Positions 27,083 through 36,471 of a stretch of 64,000 bases of DNA are shown in pieces. This stretch comes from Abditibacterium sp. (lineage in GTDB: Bacteria > Armatimonadota > Abditibacteriia > Abditibacteriales > Abditibacteriaceae). Every line of letters begins with the position of its first letter. The first letter of the stretch is position 1. Made by a program: the position numbers and the translations under genes. The stretch spans positions 2,080,001 through 2,144,000 of the forward strand of contig OZ251992.1 in NCBI GenBank assembly GCA_965246885.1. The letters run 5' to 3'. The notes below the pieces were generated by a model. That model ran no database searches. It had not been told where the DNA came from and saw only the letters and a program-made list of their open reading frames with translations.

Positions 27083-28504
27083 TTAGCCAGTTTTAAGAGC
27101 GAGCAAAACTTGCGTTGTGCTCGCAGCGCGCGACGAAATTTGGAGACTAAAATGCTGACTTTTTTGCGCCTCAGAGAGTTTTGAGGAGACTTCAACGACC
27201 ACCTCCTTTTCTTCCTCATATGCCTCAAGCGCGCCTTTTTGCCAATTGTCAATCGGCAAAACGCGCACTTGAATAGCGGGATCATCAACAGTTGCGCTGA
27301 CCGACTGGTCGCCATACGTTTTGATGCGGAATCGGGCGTAGAGCGGGGCGTCGGGGTGCAACGGGTTGGTTTTGAGAACGATCTCTTTCACATCGCACTG
27401 GATGGGCTGGGTTTTCCAGCCTCCGGCGCGCAGGTAAAGGTCGTGTGCCAGCACATATAGACCTTTGGCTGGCGTCTCACTCAGCGAATCGGCATTCTTC
27501 GCCAGTTGAAGGGCTTCTTCGCTCAAGCGCATGGTTTCGTTCAGATCGCCGGCTTGATAAGCGTCGGAAGCAAGCCAAGCGTTCTGCGCCACTCGTCCCT
27601 CAACGACGGCCTCTGTCGCCTGAAGTGGTTGTGCCAAAGCGCGGCGCGCTTCCTCGTTCTTTCCAGCCCTTTTAAGGACCAGATACTCATCATAGAAGAC
27701 AAGAGCCGTGCGCCAGCCGTCGTGTTGCTCAATGGCTCCTTGACGGAGATGCTTAACCTCCTCGACTTTTTGTGGCCCAATCTTCTCCAGTTCGCGCGCC
27801 GACTCCAGATACATATCTGCCATCATCCACTTAGGCATTGGAGCGAAGTTTTTCAATTGGAGCCATGCGGTCGCGCACATTTGGTGCTGTTGTGTGTCGC
27901 GGTAGAACCAGCCAAGACGCTCGACAACTTGGAATATCAAGGCTTCGTTGTCGTTCCCCTGAATCGGTATCTGCGAATCAATTCCCGCCAAAACACTCTC
28001 ACACAACGGCACACACCGCTCGTCGCCGACGTTGCCCAGATAATCGGCGATCCACAAGCGCGCTTGGGGCGACAGCTTTCCCATGTTCTTCGCTTCGAGC
28101 AGTTGTGGGGCTTGATCTACGACGACTTTGGCGACCGCGCGGCGCAACGGCCACCACACTTCCCACCCTTCGCCGAAGCCGCCCCAAGGATGCAGGCGGT
28201 ACGAGAGCATATAGAGCGCTTCTTCCCCCGTCAACTGTTTGCTCGCCACCGCGTCGTCCACGCTCAGGCTGCCGTCCTTGAGGCGCCCCAGCAAGGCGTC
28301 GAGGTTGGCCGGGGTGTCATCCGCGACGATGGCCCCGACTTGTTCCACGTCCACAGGCGGCGCGATGGGCGCGAGACCGACCGGGGCGACGGGCACGGCG
28401 GGCTGGGAAAAGGCACAGGCTCCCACCAACAGGCTCGCGCCCACCATCCCCAACACTCGTGTCCACAACCCAACCGGGCGCGGTCTCATGGTGCGTTGCT
28501 TCAT
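27083..28504 (-). CDS. Exported helical-repeat (TPR/HEAT-like) hypothetical protein
   Basis: Signal-like N-terminus, long helical body; ATGA overlap with the upstream gene. Confidence 0.7.
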   Translation of the reverse strand: MKQRTMRPRPVGLWTRVLGMVGASLLVGACAFSQPAVPVAPVGLAPIAPPVDVEQVGAIVADDTPANLDALLGRLKDGSLSVDDAVASKQLTGEEALYMLSYRLHPWGGFGEGWEVWWPLRRAVAKVVVDQAPQLLEAKNMGKLSPQARLWIADYLGNVGDERCVPLCESVLAGIDSQIPIQGNDNEALIFQVVERLGWFYRDTQQHQMCATAWLQLKNFAPMPKWMMADMYLESARELEKIGPQKVEEVKHLRQGAIEQHDGWRTALVFYDEYLVLKRAGKNEEARRALAQPLQATEAVVEGRVAQNAWLASDAYQAGDLNETMRLSEEALQLAKNADSLSETPAKGLYVLAHDLYLRAGGWKTQPIQCDVKEIVLKTNPLHPDAPLYARFRIKTYGDQSVSATVDDPAIQVRVLPIDNWQKGALEAYEEEKEVVVEVSSKLSEAQKSQHFSLQISSRAASTTQVLLALKTG

Positions 28505-29817
28505 GGCGTGAGGGCCACCTCCTTGTCGAAGGCCGCAAGCGGGTTCTCGCCTTGACCGTTCAGGTAGGCCACGAACGCATTCGCGCGGAGCGCGTTGCCG
28601 TCCACGCTCTTCAACACGCGGCACACCATCAGCGCGCCGTCGGGCGAGTCCGGCTGCGCCCTCAAGAAAGCGCGTGCCACCGTCATCGCTTCTCCCGCAT
28701 CGGCGCGCGTGCCCAGCGCCAATCGGATCGAAACCATCTCCTCGCTCCACAGATGATCGGTCTCGCCGTCCACTCCTGCGGCGCGCGCCTTGGCCAATTG
28801 CTCCAACCGTTCTTTAAGCGGAGCGGCAAGCTTGTCGTCCTGCGTGGGCAACGCGATTTTGAAAAGCGGGTTGGCCGCAGGAGCGACAGCCGCGACGGGC
28901 GGCGCATCGGGGGCAGGAGCGGCGTCCGCAACAGGCGCCGTCGCTATGGGCTGCGTTTGAGCGCGGGTGAACAAGCGCGGCGCGCTGAAGTTTTCGTTGG
29001 CGGCCCATGCGCGGTTGAGTTGCGCCGTCGCGTGCGCCACCGAGTAGCCCTTGAACGCCGATACCCGGTAATAAAGCGCGCTCCACGCCAACGCTTCGGG
29101 CGCGCGACCATCGGCGATCAGGTCGTTCACCAGCTTCTCATACATCCATCCCGTCTGCCACGCGTCCATCCCGAAGTTCTGGCGTCCGCCATCGAGAAAG
29201 ATCGGCATCGAAAGCACCACCTTTTGCAGGGCCGCGATCACCTTCTCCCGTCCGGCTTTGGTCTCTTCGGCCTTGGCATCGCCGCCTTTGCTGCTCGCTT
29301 CGAGCGCGGTAATATAAAGCTGCACCGCCTGACGCGAAGCGAAGTCCACATAGCCCCGACCAGAGCGACCTGCCGCCGTCACGACCGGCCACTGCGCCTC
29401 GACAAAAGCCACGACATCCGAGGGCTTGTTCTGCGTGAGCAATAAGTCGGCTTTGCCCCATACGAGCGTAATGGCGCCCGCTTGTCCCTTGTAACGCGCG
29501 ATGCCTTCGTCGTAGAGGGCCGTCGCCGCGTCGTCCTGCTTCAAGCGGCGGAGCACGTCCGCTTTGGCGTTGAGAGCGATGGGTTCAACAGTCGGCCCAA
29601 GGTCGGGGTTCTTCGCCAAAAACGCATCAAGGTCGCCCGTCAAGCCCGCCGCGTCGGTTTGCATCCGCTCGTCCAACTTGACTTGCGCTTTGAAGGCGTT
29701 CCACGCGCCCCAGTTGTCGCCCTGCGCGCGCGCCACGCCGCCCCAGCCGCACGTCAAAGCGGGCGCCAGCATCCCGGCCAGCACCCACACACGACGCACA
29801 CGGAAAAAGTAGCGCAT
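28501..29817 (-). CDS. Exported TPR-like hypothetical protein
   Basis: Signal peptide ending ARA; helical repeats such as KADVLRRLKQDDAATALYDEG. Confidence 0.75.
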   Translation of the reverse strand: MRYFFRVRRVWVLAGMLAPALTCGWGGVARAQGDNWGAWNAFKAQVKLDERMQTDAAGLTGDLDAFLAKNPDLGPTVEPIALNAKADVLRRLKQDDAATALYDEGIARYKGQAGAITLVWGKADLLLTQNKPSDVVAFVEAQWPVVTAAGRSGRGYVDFASRQAVQLYITALEASSKGGDAKAEETKAGREKVIAALQKVVLSMPIFLDGGRQNFGMDAWQTGWMYEKLVNDLIADGRAPEALAWSALYYRVSAFKGYSVAHATAQLNRAWAANENFSAPRLFTRAQTQPIATAPVADAAPAPDAPPVAAVAPAANPLFKIALPTQDDKLAAPLKERLEQLAKARAAGVDGETDHLWSEEMVSIRLALGTRADAGEAMTVARAFLRAQPDSPDGALMVCRVLKSVDGNALRANAFVAYLNGQGENPLAAFDKEVALTP

Positions 29818-29993
29818 ACTCAAAAAACAGAGCAGGGAACGGCGACGACCTCACTCCTCAAACAGAAGCGAACAGGCGAGGTCACTGCCCAAAGGATACC
29901 CTTTTCGCGCCCCTTTTAAACCCCTCACTATCACCTAATTGGGGGGGGGTCTGAGATAAGCTGCGCTCATCAATGCGCGAAGTGCGTGAAGAA

Positions 29994-30230
29994 AGAGTCG
30001 TCGCCGCTCCTTCATTCATTGTCGTTTGCGCGTTGATTGACGTCGTTTGCGCCTCAACGGATGAAGTTGGCGCCTTGATTAACGTCGTCGCTGCCTTAAC
30101 TCGTGTCGTTGGCGCCTCAACTCGTGTCGTTGGCGCCTCAACTAACGTCGTCGGCGCCTCAACTAACGTCGTTGCTGCCTTAACTGACGTCGTGGGCGTC
30201 TTGATTAACGTCGTTTGTCTGTCAACTCAT
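29994..30230. repeat. 21-bp-period tandem array (~11 units); open frame 29973-30233 encodes VVGAST-type heptads
   Basis: GTCGT core recurs every 21 nt from 30021 to 30210. Confidence 0.85.
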
Positions 30231-30335
30231 TAAGGAATGGGCTAAAAAGAGAACGCGGGGCGACTATTTCGCCGAAAAGTGGGGTTATACTGCGCGCCAT
30301 TGGGGATGTCGATCTTCGAGGGCGCCCTCTTCCTT

Positions 30336-31151
30336 ATGAAACACTCCCGCTTTTTGGAGGTGCGCGCTTCCTCCGACCATTCACTGTTGCTTGATGATGC
30401 CCTCGCTTTGCGAGGGAGGGAGACGCGCGACGCGCGGCGCCAGTTCCTTGTCGAGGGGGTGCGGGCCATTAATTTGGCGATGGAGTTCGACGCTTTGGAA
30501 ACGCTCTTTTTCGCGCCGGGAAACGGGGACGGCGTGCGCTTTTTAGCTGGAGAAGCCCGCGAGCGCGGCGTGCGTTGCTTGCAAATCGAGCCAGCCGAAC
30601 TGCGCGCGATGGCGCACGGCGAAGACGCGCAGGGCGTGGTCGGAATTGCCCGCCAACAAACACGAACGCTTGTTGAAGCGGGCGCGGAAAAAGGCGTCTG
30701 GCTGGCGCTCGAAACGCTCAACGACGACGGCAACCTTGGAACGATGTTGCGCACATCGGAAGCGAGCGGCGCGCGCGGCATCATTGCGTGCGGGCCGGAC
30801 GTAGACTTTTGGGCGCCCAAAGCCGTGCGCGCGGCGATGGGCGCCTTGTTCTCGCAAACCTTGGTGCGCGCGAGTTGGAAGGAACTCCTCGCTTTCAAAA
30901 CCGCAACAAGCGCCCAGTGGATCGGCACGTCCCTCGAAAACGCGCGGCCCTACGACCAAATCGCGTTCGGGCGCGATTTCTGGCTGTGGATGGGCGATGA
31001 ACGCGACGGGTTGTCGCCCCGCGCGCTTGAAGCGTGCGACGAACTGGCGTACATTCCGATGAGCGGGCGCGTGGACTCGCTCAATGTGGGCGTCGCGGCG
31101 GGAGTGGTGCTGTTCGGCGCGCAGTTTCGATTCAAAGTCTCACCGCGTTAG
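30336..31151 (+). CDS. TrmH/SpoU family RNA methyltransferase
   Basis: GNLGTMLRT, GDERDGLS, IPMSGRVDSLNVGVA. Confidence 0.93.
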   Translation: MKHSRFLEVRASSDHSLLLDDALALRGRETRDARRQFLVEGVRAINLAMEFDALETLFFAPGNGDGVRFLAGEARERGVRCLQIEPAELRAMAHGEDAQGVVGIARQQTRTLVEAGAEKGVWLALETLNDDGNLGTMLRTSEASGARGIIACGPDVDFWAPKAVRAAMGALFSQTLVRASWKELLAFKTATSAQWIGTSLENARPYDQIAFGRDFWLWMGDERDGLSPRALEACDELAYIPMSGRVDSLNVGVAAGVVLFGAQFRFKVSPR

Positions 31152-31251
31152 GAGAAAGCCGCGCACCTTCGCGCCGCGCCCGTTGTCAAAACTCCTTGCC
31201 GTGCGGAACATAGCCCCTGCTTCCGCGTCCTTCTTGCCCGCTCCCCAGTTC

Positions 31252-32934
31252 ATGCCCCTTCGCTCTCTTCAACGCGACGTGTTCGCGTTTTTTTTGTGCT
31301 TCGCTTCGCTGTTCGGGAAGGTAAGTGCCCAAACTGCGCCACCGCCGCCCGCCGTCGTCGTGCCCGTTTCGCCCGTTGTTTCCGGCAATGCCACTGGCGT
31401 GAACGGGGTGCCCAACACAAGCGGAGCGGTGTCTGTCATTACGTCGCCGACCCCGGCAGGGGGAAGAACTAACCCGGCGAACGGAAGAATTAACCCGGCC
31501 AACGCTTCACCGGCCCCGGCCAAACGTTCACCGACCCCGGCCAACGCTTCGCCGACCCCGGCCAACGCTTCGCCGACCCCGGCCAACGCTTCGCCGACCC
31601 CAGCGCCCACCAAAACGCCGTTGCCGTTATTTCCACCGCGCGGGACGCTCGAAGTGACCGGAACTGCCGAGTCGCTTTCGGTCTTTGCAGTCAGCGTGGA
31701 CGCGCCGGAGTTGCTCACCACCATCGCGGCGCGCGCGGGCCTCAAGTTGGTGGTGGACGACACCGTATCGCGGCGCATCACCATCCAAATGAAGAACCGC
31801 CCCGCACGCGAGATCATCGCCACCATCGCGGGTGCCTATGGCCTCGCGGCGGCGGATGTGGATGGCGTCACGCTCGTATCAGAAGGTATTCCGCGCTCGC
31901 CTTCCAGCTACCTGTTGAGTGATATAGACCAAATCTCGACGAAGTATGTGGATGCCAACAACGCGCGCAACTTGTTGCCGGTGTTCTTGCAAGACTACGT
32001 GAAAGTTAACTCCGAACAAAACGCCGTTGTCTTATCGGCACCGCCCGCAGTGCTCAACAAGTTCCGCGCGGACATCGCGGGATTTGATATTCCCTCCTCG
32101 CAAATCGTGGTGGACTTGCTGTTAGTGGAGTTGACCGACACGGGATTGGATCAACTTAATCTGAACCTGAACTACAACAACGGCGGAAATGGTCTCGCCA
32201 TCTCTCCAACGCAGGGCAACGTCACTTACTCGGCGCTAACGACGCTTCCCAACCAGTTCTTTGCCACGCTTTCGGCGTTGCAACAAAGTGGACGTGCGCG
32301 GGTGCGGGCCAACCCGCGCATAGCCACCATTTCAGGGCGGCACGCTTCCATCTTCGTGGGGCGCCAGCGCTACATCGTGACGCCCATTGACACAGGATAC
32401 GGGCAACGGAACTTCATAGACGCGGGCGTGCGCCTCGATATTACGCCCTACACCGGCGGCGAGAAGCAGATACTCATAGACGCCAACGCGGAAGTTTCGA
32501 CGCTCAGCGCGGTTGACCCGACAACGCGCTTACCCGAAAAATCAACGCGCACCGCCAACACGCGGGTGCGGGTGAACGACGGACAAACCATCATCATCGG
32601 CGGCCTGCGCCAGCAGGAAACCAGCCGCGTGACGACGCGCGTGCCTCTGCTTGGCAACCTGCCGATTTTAGGGCCACTGCTGTTCCGCTCGCACAATAAC
32701 CGCACGACGAACTCGGAGTTGGTGCTGTTCATCACGCCGCGCATCCTGTCGGACACGGGGCACTTGCCTTCTGCCGAGGAGAAAGCCCTCAAAGACCGCT
32801 TCCTCAAACCCGACCTCCGCGCCCCGCTTCCTCCGCCCAATTTCGACGTGCCCCAAGTGAAAGGGTCGTTCGATGACGGCACGCCCTCGCTGCTTTACCC
32901 GCCCAAGGCGCCCGATAAAAGGAAGGGGCCGTGA
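31252..32934 (+). CDS. Secretin (type II/III secretion / PilQ-like) 1
   Basis: Signal peptide, Pro-rich stalk, N-domains, core ANPRIATISG, DGQTIIIGGL, VPLLGNLPILGPLLF, ELVLFITPRI. Confidence 0.92.
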   Translation: MPLRSLQRDVFAFFLCFASLFGKVSAQTAPPPPAVVVPVSPVVSGNATGVNGVPNTSGAVSVITSPTPAGGRTNPANGRINPANASPAPAKRSPTPANASPTPANASPTPANASPTPAPTKTPLPLFPPRGTLEVTGTAESLSVFAVSVDAPELLTTIAARAGLKLVVDDTVSRRITIQMKNRPAREIIATIAGAYGLAAADVDGVTLVSEGIPRSPSSYLLSDIDQISTKYVDANNARNLLPVFLQDYVKVNSEQNAVVLSAPPAVLNKFRADIAGFDIPSSQIVVDLLLVELTDTGLDQLNLNLNYNNGGNGLAISPTQGNVTYSALTTLPNQFFATLSALQQSGRARVRANPRIATISGRHASIFVGRQRYIVTPIDTGYGQRNFIDAGVRLDITPYTGGEKQILIDANAEVSTLSAVDPTTRLPEKSTRTANTRVRVNDGQTIIIGGLRQQETSRVTTRVPLLGNLPILGPLLFRSHNNRTTNSELVLFITPRILSDTGHLPSAEEKALKDRFLKPDLRAPLPPPNFDVPQVKGSFDDGTPSLLYPPKAPDKRKGP

Positions 32935-34679
32935 GGCGGCTCACCATTTCCTTGTGGGCGTTGTTGTTACTGTTCGTCCCACCTGCCGCCCATGCGCAGT
33001 TGGCGACCTCGTTTGGAACGCTCACGGCCATCAAAGTCAAGCGGCTTCCTAATGCTGTTGTCGTGCGCATCGAGACCGATGGCACCATCCGCTTTGGCGT
33101 TGACCAGCACGACTTCATAGATTTTAGCAACGGGTATAACCCCCTCCCGACGCAATCCATCCGCCTCCGCTTGGTGCAAACGCGCTCAAAATTGCCCGCG
33201 TATGTTCCCTTGGACGCCTACCCAATTGATGGCGCGGCCATTTCCTTGGGTCGAACCAACTTTTCCAATCCCTATTTTACCGATGGCGGTTGGGGCCAGC
33301 CGCAGCCCTTGGTGGATGTCGAGTTACGCTTTGCCACGCCTATCACCATCCGGCGCCTAACCGTTCAGCCCTATCGTAGTATCGATTTCGGCGGCGTGTT
33401 GGGGCCGCGCGAAGCGTCCATCGAGCTTTCCAACGACCGCCGCGCCATTGTCATCACCCTCGTGCCCGACCGAGCCGACCTGCAAGGGGTAGAACGCTTG
33501 AACCGCTCGCCCGTCGCGGATCACAAACACCGCCTCGCCGTTTCCGTGTTGAGCGGCGGCGCTTTGCGGGTTGAGGCGCTTCATACGCCGCTCCGCGACC
33601 TGCTTGCGGCCCTCTCCGACGCTTCTGGCACGCGCTTCGTCGCACGTCCCGAAGTGGCCGACCTCGATATTTCGCTTCAATTGCCGCGCACCTCGCCCCT
33701 CGAACTCATGACGACACTCGCCCGCACCGCCAACGTCGCCACCCGCGAAGAGGAGGGCGCGCTTGTCTTAGGGCGGGGTGACGAGTTCTTCGCGTCGCGT
33801 TCGCTACCCTTGCGCAACCTGTCGCCCGACGCCGCGCGGCTGTTGTTTCCTGACTTTCTGCTGCCGTTTTTGCGCGCTGACCGCGAGAACAACGCGCTTT
33901 TGGCGGTGCAAACGCCTTTGGTGCTGGACAAAATCGAAGCGCAGTTGCGCTCCCTTGATACTCCGCGCGCCCAGTTCGAGGTTTCGGCGCAGTTTTGGGA
34001 ACTGTCCGCGACGCGCTCCGACGACGCGGCGCTGCGGTTAGTGCGCACCCTTGGCGGCGATTCCGAGTCGCTGAACTTCGAGACCGGCGAAGCGGTCGTC
34101 AACATCGCTCCCAAGCTGACGCGCCAACTGAGCGCGACATTGCGCTTATTGCAAGAGCGCGGGCGGGCGCGCTTGGCCGGCAACCCGCGCGTCACCGTGT
34201 TGTCCGGCGCGAGCGGAACGCTGTTTTCGGGCCAGACGCGCTACATCGAGGTCGTTCAGAACGACTACTTCGGCTCTTCAGTCATCGCCCTGCCGCTTCA
34301 AATCGGCGCGCAGTTGGATGTTTCGCCGCGCGGCTCCAATACCCCCGGCGACCCCATCCGGCTCGACATCGCGCCGCACCTTTCCACCATAGACGCCATC
34401 GAAGCGGGAACCGGCCTGCCCACCGTCGGCTTGCGTGACCTGTCCGGCACCCTCACCGTTGGCGAGGGCGACACCATCGCCTTCGCGGGCTTGGAATTCG
34501 CGTCCGATTTCAGCACCCGGCGCCGTGCTCTGGGCGTCGTTCGTTCCGGCACGAGAGAGAAAGAGCAACGCGCCTTGCTGGTGTTAGTCACTGCCCGCCG
34601 CACCGCGTGGCGCGAAGCGCGTCTCGCGCCTGATGGCTCCACTAAATATCGCGGTATCGCGCTCAACGACCAGCCGTAA
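32931..34679 (+). CDS. Secretin 2 (divergent core)
   Basis: Signal peptide, ARLAGNPRVTVLSG, EGDTIAFAGL; lacks the P-LG-IP-LG-LF motif; GTGA overlap with secretin 1. Confidence 0.82.
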   Translation: MRRLTISLWALLLLFVPPAAHAQLATSFGTLTAIKVKRLPNAVVVRIETDGTIRFGVDQHDFIDFSNGYNPLPTQSIRLRLVQTRSKLPAYVPLDAYPIDGAAISLGRTNFSNPYFTDGGWGQPQPLVDVELRFATPITIRRLTVQPYRSIDFGGVLGPREASIELSNDRRAIVITLVPDRADLQGVERLNRSPVADHKHRLAVSVLSGGALRVEALHTPLRDLLAALSDASGTRFVARPEVADLDISLQLPRTSPLELMTTLARTANVATREEEGALVLGRGDEFFASRSLPLRNLSPDAARLLFPDFLLPFLRADRENNALLAVQTPLVLDKIEAQLRSLDTPRAQFEVSAQFWELSATRSDDAALRLVRTLGGDSESLNFETGEAVVNIAPKLTRQLSATLRLLQERGRARLAGNPRVTVLSGASGTLFSGQTRYIEVVQNDYFGSSVIALPLQIGAQLDVSPRGSNTPGDPIRLDIAPHLSTIDAIEAGTGLPTVGLRDLSGTLTVGEGDTIAFAGLEFASDFSTRRRALGVVRSGTREKEQRALLVLVTARRTAWREARLAPDGSTKYRGIALNDQP

Positions 34680-34688
34680 CCACCAATC

Positions 34689-36287
34689 ATGAAACGTCTT
34701 TTTCTGATCATCCTTCTTCTTTGTGTCGCCGCCGTTCCCCCTGAAGTGCGCGCCCAAAGCCGCGCGTTCACGACCATCAAGTCCGTGACGGCGACGGCGC
34801 TTTCCAACGGCGTTCAAATCACGGTCACGGCGGACGGCCTCTTGCAATACCAAAACGAGGACACCTACGGCAAGCAAATGGGCGTTCTCTTCCCCGACGC
34901 GCGCAACGGGACGGGCAAGAACTTCATTACCCTCGACCAATACCCCGTTTCGCACATCCAACTGCTCACCCCGCAAGGCGCGCAAAACGGGATAGGCGTG
35001 CAACTCAACATCTTCAACCTCGCCGACACTTCCGGCTCGGTCGCGCGCACCCCCGACGGGCAGGGCGTGTTATTCACTATCCAGAGCAATCGCACTTTGC
35101 CCGGTGGCAAGGGCGGCGCGGGCGCAGGCGATACCTCTGTCAAAGCAGACGGTGCCGATGACGGGTTGGGCGTCTCTTATAAGGATGGGCGCGTCTCGAT
35201 TCGCGCGGTCAAGGCCGATATTCACCAACTCATCGGCGCCATCGCGCGCAAGTCGGGCGTCGCCGTCGCGGTTGACGATGCCGTTGACCGCAAGGTCAGC
35301 CTCAACCTGCAAGATACCGACCCCGAAACCGCCATCCGCACGGTTGCTACCGCCTATGGCCTCGCGCTTGCGCCCATCAACGGCGTGTTGATGCTCTCCG
35401 AAGGCGTGCCTTCCGACTTGGCCACCTACCGCGCTTCGACCACACAGAGCTTTCGCATCCAGAATTCGCAAGCCGACACCATCTCCGGCCTGTTGCCCAA
35501 CTTCCTGTCGCAATACGTCAAGACCAACGCCGAGCAAAACGCGGTCGTCGTCACCGCTCCCTCGCAGATTCTCTCCAAAATCGGAGCGGATTTAAAGCGT
35601 GTGGACACGCCCTCGCCGCAAATCGCCATCGAAGCCATCGCCGTCGAATTGTCCGACACGTCCGACCTCAACATCGGCCTGCGTTTGGGCGACCCCAATG
35701 CAGGCGACTTCGGCTCCCTCGACGTTGGCGGCGGGAGTCTGAGCTACAACACCATCGGCAAATTGCCGCGCCAGTTCAACGCCAGCCTGACGGCGCTCGA
35801 ACTTAAAGGCCGCGCGCGCGTGCGGGCACGTCCCCAGATGGTCGTCGTCAACGGCGGCACCGCGAACCTGTTTATCGGCTCGCAGCGCTTCATCCTCACG
35901 CAAACCAACGGCGGCGGCCAAACCCAAAACCGCATCCAGCCGGTGGATGTCGGCGTAAAACTGTCCGTCACTCCACTTACCGGCGGCAACGGCGAAATCA
36001 CCGCGCGCGTGGCGCCCGAAGTCTCGAACATCACCGAACTCGACCTGCAAAGCGGCCTACCCGTTCTGTCCACCCGCCGCAGCGAAACAACCGTGCGCGT
36101 CAAGGACGGCGAAACCATCGCCATCGGCGGCCTCAGCCTCGACCAAGAACAAACCACGCGTGGGCGCATCCCCTTCTTCGGCAACCTCCCCCTCATCGGC
36201 CCGTTGTTCCGCACGAAGAAGAATACGTCGGTCAAGACGGAGTTGGTCGTTTTCGTGACCCCCCGCATCGTGAAAGCGGGAGGATAA
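34689..36287 (+). CDS. Secretin 3
   Basis: Signal peptide, DVGVKLSVTP, VKDGETIAIGGL, IPFFGNLPLIGPLF, ELVVFVTPRIV. Confidence 0.93.
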   Translation: MKRLFLIILLLCVAAVPPEVRAQSRAFTTIKSVTATALSNGVQITVTADGLLQYQNEDTYGKQMGVLFPDARNGTGKNFITLDQYPVSHIQLLTPQGAQNGIGVQLNIFNLADTSGSVARTPDGQGVLFTIQSNRTLPGGKGGAGAGDTSVKADGADDGLGVSYKDGRVSIRAVKADIHQLIGAIARKSGVAVAVDDAVDRKVSLNLQDTDPETAIRTVATAYGLALAPINGVLMLSEGVPSDLATYRASTTQSFRIQNSQADTISGLLPNFLSQYVKTNAEQNAVVVTAPSQILSKIGADLKRVDTPSPQIAIEAIAVELSDTSDLNIGLRLGDPNAGDFGSLDVGGGSLSYNTIGKLPRQFNASLTALELKGRARVRARPQMVVVNGGTANLFIGSQRFILTQTNGGGQTQNRIQPVDVGVKLSVTPLTGGNGEITARVAPEVSNITELDLQSGLPVLSTRRSETTVRVKDGETIAIGGLSLDQEQTTRGRIPFFGNLPLIGPLFRTKKNTSVKTELVVFVTPRIVKAGG

Positions 36288-36338
36288 GGCTGCAACGGGG
36301 GCACAATGCACTACTTTGCCTCACCCATTGTGGACGTG

Positions 36339-36453
36339 GTGTCCGGCAGGACACTTGGCGAAGCCGGATGCCGGTGGTTTTATACCACCGATTCAGGCTG
36401 AGTTCGGGGATATGAAATCCTCGGCATCCGGGCGCAAGCGCCCTGCCGGACGC
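36339..36453. mobile_element. MITE/REPIN-like palindromic element, copy 1
   Basis: GTGTCCGGCAGG...CCTGCCGGACGC ends; near-identical copy at 42583. Confidence 0.7.
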
Positions 36454-36471
36454 GGCATTAACAAATGTTTT

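Noticed and set aside
29994..30230. CRISPR array (also considered for 39395-39562)
   Set aside because: Contiguous degenerate 21-mers with no unique spacers and no cas genes
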